From Candidatus Spyradenecus sp. (GTDB lineage Bacteria > Verrucomicrobiota > Kiritimatiellia > RFP12 > DVOR01): a DNA stretch of 40,719 nt. Shown here one piece after another: positions 26,857 through 35,031 of the stretch. The notes under the pieces are model-generated. The model saw only the letters and a program-made list of their open reading frames with translations, had not been told where the DNA came from and did not search any database. Every line of letters starts with the position of its first letter. Within the stretch, counting starts at the first letter, position 1. The stretch covers positions 1 through 40,719 of the forward strand of contig JBJFFT010000040.1 in NCBI GenBank assembly GCA_051891975.1. The letters run 5' to 3'. Both the position numbers and the translations under genes were made by a program.

Positions 26857-28998
26857 TTATGAATGGGCTCCCGGGAGCCAGCGGCGGAAGAGGCGGCGGA
26901 GGAGCGAGGTAGGGGGCGCGGGGGGTGCTGGGGGGAGGGCGTTGCGCTGGGCGAAGCGCTCGCGCAGGCGTTCTTGGGAGGAGATGCGCGGGGCGGTGGT
27001 GGGAGGAAGGGCATAGGCGCCATCGGGGGCCATCTGGCGGGCCTTGGCGGTGTCGGCGCGGAGGGTCTGGATGAGCGCGAGGAGTTCGCGGCGGGAGGGG
27101 GCGTCGAGGATGGGAGTATAGACCTCGACGCGGCGGGTGAGGTTGCGGTTGAGGAGGTCGCCCGAGCCAATGAAGAGGCGTTCGTGGCCGGGGGGACCGA
27201 AGGCGAGGATGCGGGAGTGCTCGAGGTGGTCGCCGACGATGGAGCGCACGGAGATGCGGTCGGTAAGGCCTGGGATGCCGGGGCGCAAACAGCAGATGCC
27301 GCGGATGCAGAGCTCCACGGGGACGCCGGCCTGGGAGCATTCGATGAGCTTGGCGATGACGGGCAGGGAGTTGAGGCCGTTGGCCTTGATGAAGACGGCG
27401 GCGGGACGGCCGGCGCGGGCCTCGGCGATCTCGGTGTCGAGCTCGGCGAGGAGGCGGGAGAGGAAGCTTTCGGGGGCGACCCAGAGGCGGCGGGGGTTGT
27501 GGGCGCTCTCGCCGCGGCAGAGGGCGCGGAAGAGCGCGGCGGCATCGGCGGCGATGTCGGGGTCGGCCGTGAGATAGGAGAGGTCGGTGTAGAGGGCGGC
27601 GGTCTTTTCGTTGTAGTTGCCGGTGCCGATTTGGGTGATGGCGCGGGGGGAGCCGTCGCGGCTGTCGGGGCGGTAGAGGATGAGGCAGACCTTGGCGTGG
27701 ACCTTGCAGTGGGGCAGACCGTAGAGGACGGTGCAGCCGGCTTCCTGGAGCATTTCGGCATAGTTGATGTTGCTCTCTTCGTCGAAGCGGGCGCGCAGTT
27801 CCAGAAGGCAGAGGACGTCCTTACCGTGTTCGGCGGCGCGGGCGAGGGCCTGGGCGATGCGCGAGTTGGCGGCCAGACGGTAGAGGGTGATGCGGATGGC
27901 GGTGACGTCGGGATCCTCGGCGGCCTCTTCCAGAAGGCGGACGAAGGGGGTGAGGCTCTCGAAGGGGGTGCAGAGGAGGCGCGGCTGCTCGCGGATGCGC
28001 TCGGCGATGGGGGCGCCTTCGGCCCAACGGGCGTGCGAGGGCTTGCGGCGTGGGGCACTGAGGGCCTGCGCGCGCTCGGCGGGGAGAGCCTTGGCCAGGC
28101 CAAAGGCAAACTCGGGGCCGAGGGGGAGGCTCTGCGTGATGGGCTCGACTCCGGCCGGGCATTTGAGGCGCGCGGTGAGCAGCTCGGCGAGCTCGGGGGA
28201 GGGGGCGGGGTGGACCTGTAGGCGGACCGGGGCGAGGCGTTTGCGCTTGCGGATAAAGTCGCGCATAATGCCGGCGAAGTCCTCCTCCTCGCCCTCGGTC
28301 GGGGAGAGATCGGCATTGCGCGTGACGCGGAGGATGAGGGTCTCATCGGGGGTGCCGCGGCCGAAGAGGCGCGGGGCAAAGAGGCGCACGATGTCGGGCG
28401 TATGCAGGAGCCAGAGACCGCTTTCGTCGGCGAAGAGGTGGAAGGCGGGGAGGGTGCCTAGGGGGATGATGCCCAGGGTACGGCGGCCGAAGCGGGCGAC
28501 GATGGCGCTCTCGCGGTCGCGCAAAAAGGGGAAGGGGCAGCGGGCGTCGGTGAAGAGTGGGGAGAGGAGGGGCTTGAGGGTCTCCTTGAAGAAGCGGGTC
28601 ATCGCCAGGGCGCGGGGGCCCTCCAGCTTTTCGGCCTTCGGGAAGGCGATACCCTGGGCGGTGAGGGCGGCGACGAGTTCGGCGCTAGTGCGCTCGGCGT
28701 GGGTCATCAATTCGGCCACGCGCAGACGAATGGCGGCGAGCTGTTCCTCGGGGCTCCAGCCGGTCTTATCATCCACCGGCGGCTGAGGCTGATTGCGCGC
28801 GGCGTGCGCCGCATCGATGAGGGTACCCACGCGGACGCGGAAGAACTCGTCGAGGTTGCTCTGGAAGATCCCCAGGAAGGTGAGGCGGTCCAGGAGCGGC
28901 CGCTCAGGGAGGTCGGCTTCCTCCAGCACGCGGAGGTTAAAGGCCAGCCAACTCAATTCGCGGTTGAGGGTGCATGCACGGGGGACAGATATTTCCAT
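26857..28998 (-). CDS. ppk: Polyphosphate kinase 1
   Basis: N-terminus NRELSWLAFNLRVLEEA, then KVHAKVCLI, FIGSGDLLNRNLTRRVEV. ATG 28998 gives a PPK-like N-terminus; the 29172 extension lies inside ppx. Confidence 0.93.
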   Translation of the reverse strand: MEISVPRACTLNRELSWLAFNLRVLEEADLPERPLLDRLTFLGIFQSNLDEFFRVRVGTLIDAAHAARNQPQPPVDDKTGWSPEEQLAAIRLRVAELMTHAERTSAELVAALTAQGIAFPKAEKLEGPRALAMTRFFKETLKPLLSPLFTDARCPFPFLRDRESAIVARFGRRTLGIIPLGTLPAFHLFADESGLWLLHTPDIVRLFAPRLFGRGTPDETLILRVTRNADLSPTEGEEEDFAGIMRDFIRKRKRLAPVRLQVHPAPSPELAELLTARLKCPAGVEPITQSLPLGPEFAFGLAKALPAERAQALSAPRRKPSHARWAEGAPIAERIREQPRLLCTPFESLTPFVRLLEEAAEDPDVTAIRITLYRLAANSRIAQALARAAEHGKDVLCLLELRARFDEESNINYAEMLQEAGCTVLYGLPHCKVHAKVCLILYRPDSRDGSPRAITQIGTGNYNEKTAALYTDLSYLTADPDIAADAAALFRALCRGESAHNPRRLWVAPESFLSRLLAELDTEIAEARAGRPAAVFIKANGLNSLPVIAKLIECSQAGVPVELCIRGICCLRPGIPGLTDRISVRSIVGDHLEHSRILAFGPPGHERLFIGSGDLLNRNLTRRVEVYTPILDAPSRRELLALIQTLRADTAKARQMAPDGAYALPPTTAPRISSQERLRERFAQRNALPPAPPAPPTSLLRRLFRRWLPGAHS

Positions 28999-29903
28999 AG
29001 AAAGCCCTCCCGGACGCCGACGGGCGCCACGGTGAAGTGTTCGGTGTTGAGTGTTTTGGCCATCGCCAGCATCGCGTAGGCCCCAGGGAGCAGGGTGGAC
29101 ATTCGCCCGGGAATGACCCGGCGCAGGAGTGCCACGGCTGCCGCTTCGTTGTGGCGCGAAGCCTTGAGCCAATCGCGCAGCGCTTCGCAGGGGAAGCGGT
29201 TGCCCGGAAAGGCCTCCGGGCCTAGCCGTTCGCGCAGCACCTTCAGAACCGCGCGGGCCGTGCCGCCCATCGCCAGGAGCGTCTCTGGGGAGGCATTGAC
29301 GAGGTCGGGCAGGTCGCTTTCCAGGCGCTCGGAGACCACGCGTTTGATGGTGCGGCGCTCGTGTTTATCGGGGAAGAGGCCTTTGCGGACGAAGGCCGCC
29401 TCCAGCGAAAGGCAACCAAAGGGCAGCGAGGCCCCGGTGCGAACGCCCCCGCGGTCGAAGCGGAATAGTTGGCAGGAGCCGCCCCCGAGGTCGAAGGTCA
29501 CTCCGGCGCGATGACCTGAGCGCAGGAGCGCCTCGCAGTCGCAGGCCATCTCCTCTTCGGCCGAGAGCGGGCGGATGGCGAGGCCGGTGTGGCGTTTGAC
29601 GATCTCTAGGACGCGCCGGCGGTTGGTAATCGTGCGTAGCGAGGCCGTGGAGAAGGGCGTCACCGAGGCGCAGCCGCAGAGCGTGCAGAAGCGCTGCATG
29701 TGCTCGAGCACGGCACACAGGCGCTCGATCCCCTCCTCCGAGAGGCGCCCATCGGGGCGAATATAGGCAATGAGCCCGGTGTAGTCCCGCTCGCTGTAGC
29801 GCTTACGCCAACGCTCGTTGCGCCAAGCGTAAACCACCGTGCGGATGGTGTTCGAGCCGATGTCAATCAAGGCAATACGTGCGGATGTCTCTTCCTGTTC
29901 CAT
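28953..29903 (-). CDS. ppx: Ppx/GppA-family exopolyphosphatase (short, 316 aa)
   Basis: IALIDIGSNTIRTVVY and FDLGGGSCQL actin-like ATPase motifs, immediately upstream of ppk. Confidence 0.88.
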   Translation of the reverse strand: MEQEETSARIALIDIGSNTIRTVVYAWRNERWRKRYSERDYTGLIAYIRPDGRLSEEGIERLCAVLEHMQRFCTLCGCASVTPFSTASLRTITNRRRVLEIVKRHTGLAIRPLSAEEEMACDCEALLRSGHRAGVTFDLGGGSCQLFRFDRGGVRTGASLPFGCLSLEAAFVRKGLFPDKHERRTIKRVVSERLESDLPDLVNASPETLLAMGGTARAVLKVLRERLGPEAFPGNRFPCEALRDWLKASRHNEAAAVALLRRVIPGRMSTLLPGAYAMLAMAKTLNTEHFTVAPVGVREGFLWKYLSPVHAPSTAN

Positions 29904-29978
29904 AGTCGCGGCAAAGAATAGCCGCGCGCTGTTGTACCAATGTCAGGGGGACGTTAGTTTTCGGTTAGGCGCGCTCGC

Positions 29979-30004
29979 GTGGGGACTTCTCGCCCCCGCA
30001 CCCC
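29979..30004 (-). repeat. GC hairpin repeat family 2 copy (degenerate)
   Basis: Reverse complement reads GGGGTGCGGGGGCGAGAAGTCCCCAC. Confidence 0.6.
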
Positions 30005-30141
30005 TCAGGAGCGCGGTGCGCTTCACCCCGCCGCGAGCGTGCTGCGCACACTCGCGTGTAGGCACGGGTGAGGGGCCGTTCACTGCACTGGCTCGCCAGC
30101 ACGCATAGCGGGGATGCGCTCCGCGCCTCCCCGCCAGGGCC

Positions 30142-30178
30142 GTTGGGGGGACTTGCCCCCAACCCCCCGCACACCCCC
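30142..30178 (-). repeat. GC hairpin repeat family 2 copy (degenerate)
   Basis: Reverse complement reads GGGGGTGTGCGGGGGGTTGGGGGCAAGTCCCCCCAAC. Confidence 0.6.
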
Positions 30179-30193
30179 ATCCGCCCCGAGCTC

Positions 30194-30270
30194 GATAATT
30201 AACCCTTAGGGATAATTCAATTAAGCCTTAGGGATAATTCAATTAAGCCTTAGGGATAATTCTATTAAGT
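30194..30270 (+). repeat. AT-rich tandem repeat, 3 full 22-nt units CTTAGGGATAATTCAATTAAGC plus a partial leading unit
   Basis: Units at 30205-30226, 30227-30248 (identical) and 30249-30270 (2 substitutions), plus partial GATAATTAACC at 30194-30204. Lies in the 458-nt gap between the cbiM-like stop and the ppx start. Confidence 0.95.
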
Positions 30271-30361
30271 CCGGGGGTTAATGGTTCGGCTCGGGGCGGA
30301 TGGAAATAGAAACGGCCCCCGAGCGAACTCGGGGGCCGACCTGTCGACTGTTGACTGTCGA

Positions 30362-31240
30362 CTATCTCCGGCAGAGGCGGGCGGTGAGGAGGCCGCCGAG
30401 GGCGCAGGCGAGGATGCCGAGGAGCCCGGCGGCGAGGGTGGAGAGGGTCTCGGAGGGAATGGCCGCGAGGGTATAGTCTGCGAAGGGCGCGGCGGCGAAG
30501 TTGGGCGCGCCGGGGAGGAGCGAGAAGCGCTCGAGGCTCCACTCCAAGGCATCGGGCAGGGCCGAGGCGAGGGGGGTGAGCGCGAGGGCCGCGCAGAGGG
30601 TCCCGCCCAAGGTGAGGGTGGCGCGGCGGGTGAGGGGCGCGCCCTCGGTCTTGGGCACCAGGGCGAGCAGACCCAAGGTGGCGGCACCCTCGATCGCGGC
30701 CACGGCCAGGTGGGTAGCCAGAAGCGTCCCGGCGAGGGGCGCGGTCAGGCGCGCGCTGGCGGCCAGTTCGCCGCAGAGGGCGAGGGTGGCCAGGAGGGTC
30801 GAGGCGGCTCCGGCCAGGGCGAAGGCGGCGAAGCGGGAGAGGCCGCGGCGGCGCAGGGTCGCCAGGAGGAGTCCGCCAACGCCGGCGCCCAAGATCGCCA
30901 TATTCAGGACGTTGGCGCCGAGCATCCCGAGGCCGCCATCGGCAAAGAGGAGGGTCTGGACGAGGAGGACAAGGGCGGTGCAGAGGATGCCGCCGGGCAC
31001 GCCAAGGAGCGCCGAGGCGAAGACTCCGCCGAGGAGGTGACCCGAGAGGCCGCCGGGCAGGGGATAGTTGAGCATCTGCAGGGCGAAGAGGGTCGCGCCG
31101 GTGAGGGCGACGTCGGCCGGGCGGGGGGCGGAGGCGGGCTTGCGCAGGAGCGTGGCCGCCGCGAGGGTGCAGCCGGCAATCGAGAGGGTGGCCGTGACGG
31201 GGCAGACGGCCCCTTGGAGCATTTCAGCGGGTAAGTGCAT
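30362..31240 (-). CDS. CbiM/NikM-family metal-transport membrane protein fused to a PDGLE-like C-terminal domain
   Basis: N-terminal MHLPAEML (the Met-His start typical of CbiM/NikM), GHLLGGVFASALLG, and ADGGLGMLGANVLNMAI. C-terminal LPDALEWSLE resembles the PDGLE motif, followed by a final TM segment. ATG 31240 has a GAAAGGA RBS. Confidence 0.8.
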   Translation of the reverse strand: MHLPAEMLQGAVCPVTATLSIAGCTLAAATLLRKPASAPRPADVALTGATLFALQMLNYPLPGGLSGHLLGGVFASALLGVPGGILCTALVLLVQTLLFADGGLGMLGANVLNMAILGAGVGGLLLATLRRRGLSRFAAFALAGAASTLLATLALCGELAASARLTAPLAGTLLATHLAVAAIEGAATLGLLALVPKTEGAPLTRRATLTLGGTLCAALALTPLASALPDALEWSLERFSLLPGAPNFAAAPFADYTLAAIPSETLSTLAAGLLGILACALGGLLTARLCRR

Positions 31241-31266
31241 AGCAAAGTTCCTTTCTGTGGCGGATA

Positions 31267-32295
31267 TTATAGCCGAATGAGGCGGTAGGTGCGCGAGCCC
31301 AGGCCGAGGGCTTCGGCGTGCTCGAGGATGTGGATGCCGTAGCGGCTCTCCATCCGCTCGACAAGGTCGGCGCTGTCGTGGGCGGCGTAGACGAGGTCGA
31401 CGCACGCCTGGTCGATGGCCACCGGGTCGAGGGAGGCGAGGAGGCCAATGTTGCCCATCGTGGGGGTGGAGGGGTGGCTGGAGCAGTCGCAATCCACCGA
31501 GAGGTGGTTCATCACATTGAGGAAGGCCATCTTGCCGGGGCGGGCCTGGCAGACGGCCGTGGCGGCCTCGGCCATCGCTTCGAGGAAGGCGGTCTGGTCG
31601 CCGTCCTCCCAGGTTTGGTCGGTGATGCCGCCGGTGTGGATGAGGCACTTGCCGTTGCGCGAGGCGAAGCCGATGGAGAGGTTCTTGAGCGCGCCGCCAA
31701 AGCCGCCCATCGCGTGACCCTTGAAGTGGGAGAGGACGAGGAAGGAGGCGTAGTCGCGAAAGTGCGCGCCGACGATGTTGCGCGGCAGGCGCTTGGCACC
31801 GGCGGGGGCGGGGAGGTCCATGGTGGCGAGGCCATCGAGGATGTCTACGGTGGCGATGTCGCACCAGCCGTGCTCGAGGGCGGCGCGGATGTGGTCGTGC
31901 AGGTTGGTGCGGCGCCCGCCGTAGGCCGTGTTGCACTCCACGATGTTCGCGTCGAGCTGCTGGACCAGGGGTTTGACTAGCTGCGGATCGAGGAAGTGGT
32001 GGCCGCCGGGTTCGCCGGTGGAGACCTTGGCGCCGACCTTGCCCGGGAGCGTGATGCCCAGCGCAGCGTAGGCGCGGCAGAGGCTTTGGGGGGTGATCTC
32101 GGGGGTGAAGTAGACGGCCGGACCCTCGCTGCGGGCGTGGGAGGTGCGGTCGATGGGGCCGGGCGCCCAGCCGCGCCGGCGCATATCTTCGCGCCAGAGC
32201 TCATCGAAGGTCTTGGCCTGGGCCGTTGCGCCCACGGCAGCCGCACCGGCCGCGAGCACGCTCCGGCGCAAAAAGTCACGTCTCGATTGCTTCAT
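31267..32295 (-). CDS. Tat-exported DUF362-family protein
   Basis: Twin-arginine signal MKQSRRDFLRRSVLAAGAAAVGATAQA and DUF362-like core LSHFKGHAMGGFGGALKNLSIG. Confidence 0.85.
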   Translation of the reverse strand: MKQSRRDFLRRSVLAAGAAAVGATAQAKTFDELWREDMRRRGWAPGPIDRTSHARSEGPAVYFTPEITPQSLCRAYAALGITLPGKVGAKVSTGEPGGHHFLDPQLVKPLVQQLDANIVECNTAYGGRRTNLHDHIRAALEHGWCDIATVDILDGLATMDLPAPAGAKRLPRNIVGAHFRDYASFLVLSHFKGHAMGGFGGALKNLSIGFASRNGKCLIHTGGITDQTWEDGDQTAFLEAMAEAATAVCQARPGKMAFLNVMNHLSVDCDCSSHPSTPTMGNIGLLASLDPVAIDQACVDLVYAAHDSADLVERMESRYGIHILEHAEALGLGSRTYRLIRL

Positions 32296-32310
32296 TGGAA
32301 ACTCCTCGGG

Positions 32311-33366
32311 TTAGGGGTGAAGAAGTGTCTGGAGCTCGGCGTAGGCTTCGTCGCTTAAGCCGAGGCGTTTAGCGATGGCGCGGTGGGAGGCAAGTTGGGC
32401 CTCCACGCCGGGCAGGGCGGTGAGAATGGCAACAGTGCAGAGTTCGCGATCGGCTTCCGAGAGGATACCGCGCTCAAAGAGGTCACAGAAGAGGTGCTCC
32501 TTGAGGAACTGCTCGGCGCCGGGGGCGAAGCGCTGCCAGGGGGCCGGGGCCGCGTTGGGGTCGGTGGCGCAGAGGCGCGCGCGGCGTTCGCGGCCGAGGC
32601 GCTCGCGGTCGGCACCCGGGGGCAGGCGCGTGGGCTCGGGGCCTTCGGGGATGGGCAGACCGGCTGCGCGGCGCTCCTCGCAGAGCGCGGCGAGGGTGGC
32701 GTAGCCGTTCAGACAGCGGGGGAAGCCGGCGTAGGCCTGGGTGTGGAGGAGGGCTTCTTTGAGTTCGGCCAGGGTGAGGCCACCCTCGAGCCCGGCCTCG
32801 GCGGCGGCCTTGACGGCCTCGAGGTCACCGATGGCGGTGGTGGCGGCGAGGCGCGCGAGGGCAACCTGTCGGGGCGTGAGCAGGGCGGGCGCGGGGGGCG
32901 GCTGGGGCTGGGCGGCGGCGTAGTCGGCATCGGTGACCGCTTCAAACCAGGTGGTTTGGTTCTCGCTGGGCTTCACCTCGATGGCGAGATGGGCGAAGGG
33001 GCGCGTGGCGGTGGCACCGTGCCAGTGATCGACCCCGCCCGGGATTTCCACAATGTCGCCGGGGCGCAGAAGGCGGGCCGCCTCGCCGCGTGCCTGGTAG
33101 AGGCCCTCGCCGCCAACGGCGATGAGGAGTTGGCCTTGGCTATGGCGGTGCCAGTGGTTGCGGCAGCCGGGCTCGAAGGTGACGTTGGCGATGGGGATGC
33201 CGTGCTCAGCGTGGCGCGTGGTGAGGCGCGCGAGGTGCGAGCTGCCAGTGAAGTAGGCGGCATAGGCGGTGTTAGGTTCGCCTTGCGGGAAGGGCGAGAG
33301 GGACTGGGCGCAGAGTGGGGACATTGCGAGGACACCAAAGAGGAGGGAGAGGCAAAGGGGACGCAT
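32311..33366 (-). CDS. Secreted cupin domain protein fused to two carboxymuconolactone-decarboxylase (CMD/AhpD-like) family domains
   Basis: Signal peptide MRPLCLSLLFGVLAMSPLCAQS. Cupin HWHRHSQGQLLIAVGGEG...VDHWHGA. CMD-like LKEALLHTQAYAGFPRCLN and ADRELCTVAILTALPGVEAQLASH. ATG 33366 was chosen over the 33612 extension. Confidence 0.8.
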   Translation of the reverse strand: MRPLCLSLLFGVLAMSPLCAQSLSPFPQGEPNTAYAAYFTGSSHLARLTTRHAEHGIPIANVTFEPGCRNHWHRHSQGQLLIAVGGEGLYQARGEAARLLRPGDIVEIPGGVDHWHGATATRPFAHLAIEVKPSENQTTWFEAVTDADYAAAQPQPPPAPALLTPRQVALARLAATTAIGDLEAVKAAAEAGLEGGLTLAELKEALLHTQAYAGFPRCLNGYATLAALCEERRAAGLPIPEGPEPTRLPPGADRERLGRERRARLCATDPNAAPAPWQRFAPGAEQFLKEHLFCDLFERGILSEADRELCTVAILTALPGVEAQLASHRAIAKRLGLSDEAYAELQTLLHP

Positions 33367-33374
33367 AGGTTTCC

Positions 33375-33971
33375 TCACAGACCAAGGGGGGTGAGCCAAG
33401 CGGCGATTTGGGGCTCGGCGCGGTGGATGCTGTAGCCGGAGAAGGTCTTGCCGGGGAGGTGGCGGAGGGCGCCGGGGGTGAGGGCGCGCAGGTCCTTTTC
33501 GCAGGATTGCATCCCGCCGCCGCCGTGGGTGAAGAAGGGGAGGATGAACTTGCCCTGGGCGTAGCGCGCGTCGGAGAGGAAGGTGCGCACGCTCGGGGCG
33601 ACGGTGCCCCACCAGTTGGGTGAGCCGATGCAGAGGAGGTCGTAGGAGGCGGGGTCGAGGTCGAAGGGTTTGAGGGGCGGGAGGAAGCCGCGCTTGAGTT
33701 CGTCCTTGGCCACGCGGGTGCAGTCGTTGTAGTCGGCGGGGTAAGGGGTCTGGGGCTCGAGGCGCAGGAGGCGGCCCTTGGTGCGCTTGGCGATGAACTC
33801 GGCGGCGGCGAGGGTGTTGCCAGTGTAGGAGTAGACGATCACGGCCACGCGCGGGTTCTTGGGCAAGGGCGCGGCGGAGCCGGCGGCGGCGTCTTCGGCC
33901 TCGGCGCAGCCGGCGAGCAGGGCACCGGAGGCAGCGAGGGCGCTTTGGAGGAAGGTTCGGCGGGTGAACAT
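33375..33971 (-). CDS. Exported flavodoxin-like lipoprotein (Tat-type signal plus lipobox)
   Basis: MFTRRTFLQSALAASGALLAGC (RR motif followed by LAGC lipobox), then flavodoxin-like VAVIVYSYTGNT and IGSPNWWG. Confidence 0.8.
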   Translation of the reverse strand: MFTRRTFLQSALAASGALLAGCAEAEDAAAGSAAPLPKNPRVAVIVYSYTGNTLAAAEFIAKRTKGRLLRLEPQTPYPADYNDCTRVAKDELKRGFLPPLKPFDLDPASYDLLCIGSPNWWGTVAPSVRTFLSDARYAQGKFILPFFTHGGGGMQSCEKDLRALTPGALRHLPGKTFSGYSIHRAEPQIAAWLTPLGL

Positions 33972-34001
33972 AGCAGGAATCTCCTTTCTTGATGGTGGAA
34001 T

Positions 34002-34030
34002 AGTATGGCGGAAACCTGGCGCGCGCTCAA
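34002..34030 (-). promoter_or_regulatory. Promoter candidate for the flavodoxin operon (minus strand: TTGAGC, 17-nt spacer, CATACT)
   Basis: Hexamers at 34025-34030 and 34002-34007 (minus strand), spacing counted directly. Lies about 30 nt upstream of ATG 33971. Confidence 0.4.
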
Positions 34031-34094
34031 TACCTCAATCCACGAAGGTGCAACCTCGATTACGGATTTTGCCCGCGCTGCGGGTGCAATGGGC

Positions 34095-34100
34095 TATACT
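34095..34100 (+). promoter_or_regulatory. -10-like TATACT upstream of the AraC-family gene
   Basis: GGGCTATACT lies 20 nt upstream of ATG 34120 with an AAAGGAGG RBS between. No convincing -35 element. Confidence 0.25.
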
Positions 34101-34119
34101 ATGGCCGAAAGGAGGCCTT

Positions 34120-35028
34120 ATGTCTGAACACTTCCGCACGCTTGCCGACTACACCGCGCCCTTGGGGCTCACCCCGCAGTACCCGCACTTGGCTTACATC
34201 GACTTCACGCAGTTGCCGCCTTTCCGCTACCGCCAAGGCATCTACGGCTTCTACGCCATCATTCTCAAGGAGCATCTCGGCTGCGGCGCGCTCCAGTATG
34301 GTCTGGGCTCCTACGACTATCAAGCCGGCACTGTCCTCTGCGTTGGCCCCGGGCAGCTCTTCGGTCCCAAGGATGACGGCCAGCTCCACCAAGGCGTCGG
34401 CAAGGCGCTCCTCATTCACCCGGCCCTCCTCGAAGGCACGCCGCTCGCCGCCGCCTTCGCCTCGGCCTCCTTCTTCGCCTACACTTCGCGCGAAGCGCTC
34501 CACCTCGCCGACGGCGAGCGCGTCCGCTTCCTCGCACAGGTCGAGGCCATCCGCGGCGAACTCGAAACGCCCCAGGACGCCCACTCCCGCGCCCTCCTCC
34601 TCGCTCACCTCGACCTCCTGCTCCACCTCCTCGCGCGCTTCTACGAGCGCCAGTTCACCTCGCGCCAGCCCGACAACCGCGCCCTGCTCGCCCGCTTGGA
34701 AACCTATCTCGCCTCGGCCCTGCCCGCCGCGCCTGATGCCCCCGTCGCCGCGCTACCCACCGTCGCCGCCTGCGCCAAGGCCCTCTTCCTCTCGCCCAAT
34801 TACTTTGGCGACCTCGTCCGCAAGGAGACCGGCGCCTCGGCCCAGGCCTTCATTGCTCGCGCCCTGCTCGATCGTGCCTGTGACTTTCTTCGGAACACCG
34901 ATGCCTCCGTCGCCCAAATCGGCCTCACCCTCGGCTTCTCCTATCCCCACCACTTCACCCGATTCTTCCGCCACCACACCGGCCAGACCCCCAGCAACTA
35001 CCGCGCCGCTCCGGCCATTGCGGAGTAA
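34120..35028 (+). CDS. AraC-family transcriptional regulator
   Basis: C-terminal AraC HTH: LSPNYFGDLVRKETGASAQAFI...IGLTLGFSYPHHFTRFFRHHTGQTPSNYR. ATG 34120 has an AAAGGAGG RBS. Divergent from the flavodoxin operon. Confidence 0.9.
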   Translation: MSEHFRTLADYTAPLGLTPQYPHLAYIDFTQLPPFRYRQGIYGFYAIILKEHLGCGALQYGLGSYDYQAGTVLCVGPGQLFGPKDDGQLHQGVGKALLIHPALLEGTPLAAAFASASFFAYTSREALHLADGERVRFLAQVEAIRGELETPQDAHSRALLLAHLDLLLHLLARFYERQFTSRQPDNRALLARLETYLASALPAAPDAPVAALPTVAACAKALFLSPNYFGDLVRKETGASAQAFIARALLDRACDFLRNTDASVAQIGLTLGFSYPHHFTRFFRHHTGQTPSNYRAAPAIAE

Positions 35029-35031
35029 GCG

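Noticed and set aside
26567-26862. Small ORFs 26567-26749 (-) and 26617-26862 (+) in the gap between the islet and ppk
   Set aside because: They have no RBS and P/S/R-rich translations, and the + ORF runs through the REP array. The local hairpin GGGACAG...CTGTCCC (26688-26722) could be RNA structure, but I cannot support an ncRNA call.
30194-30270. Replication origin (AT-rich repeats with DnaA-box-like TTATCCCTA), and the telomere-like TTAGGG inside each unit
   Set aside because: The box match is only 7/9. No dnaA/dnaN is nearby, and genes on both sides (ppx-ppk and the cbiM cluster) run in the same direction rather than diverging. TTAGGG is a chance substring of the unit.
33972-34119. Cobalamin or nickel/cobalt riboswitch upstream of the CbiM-containing operon
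   Set aside because: The predicted leader is only about 30 nt and shows no conserved riboswitch core. cbiM is the last gene of the operon.
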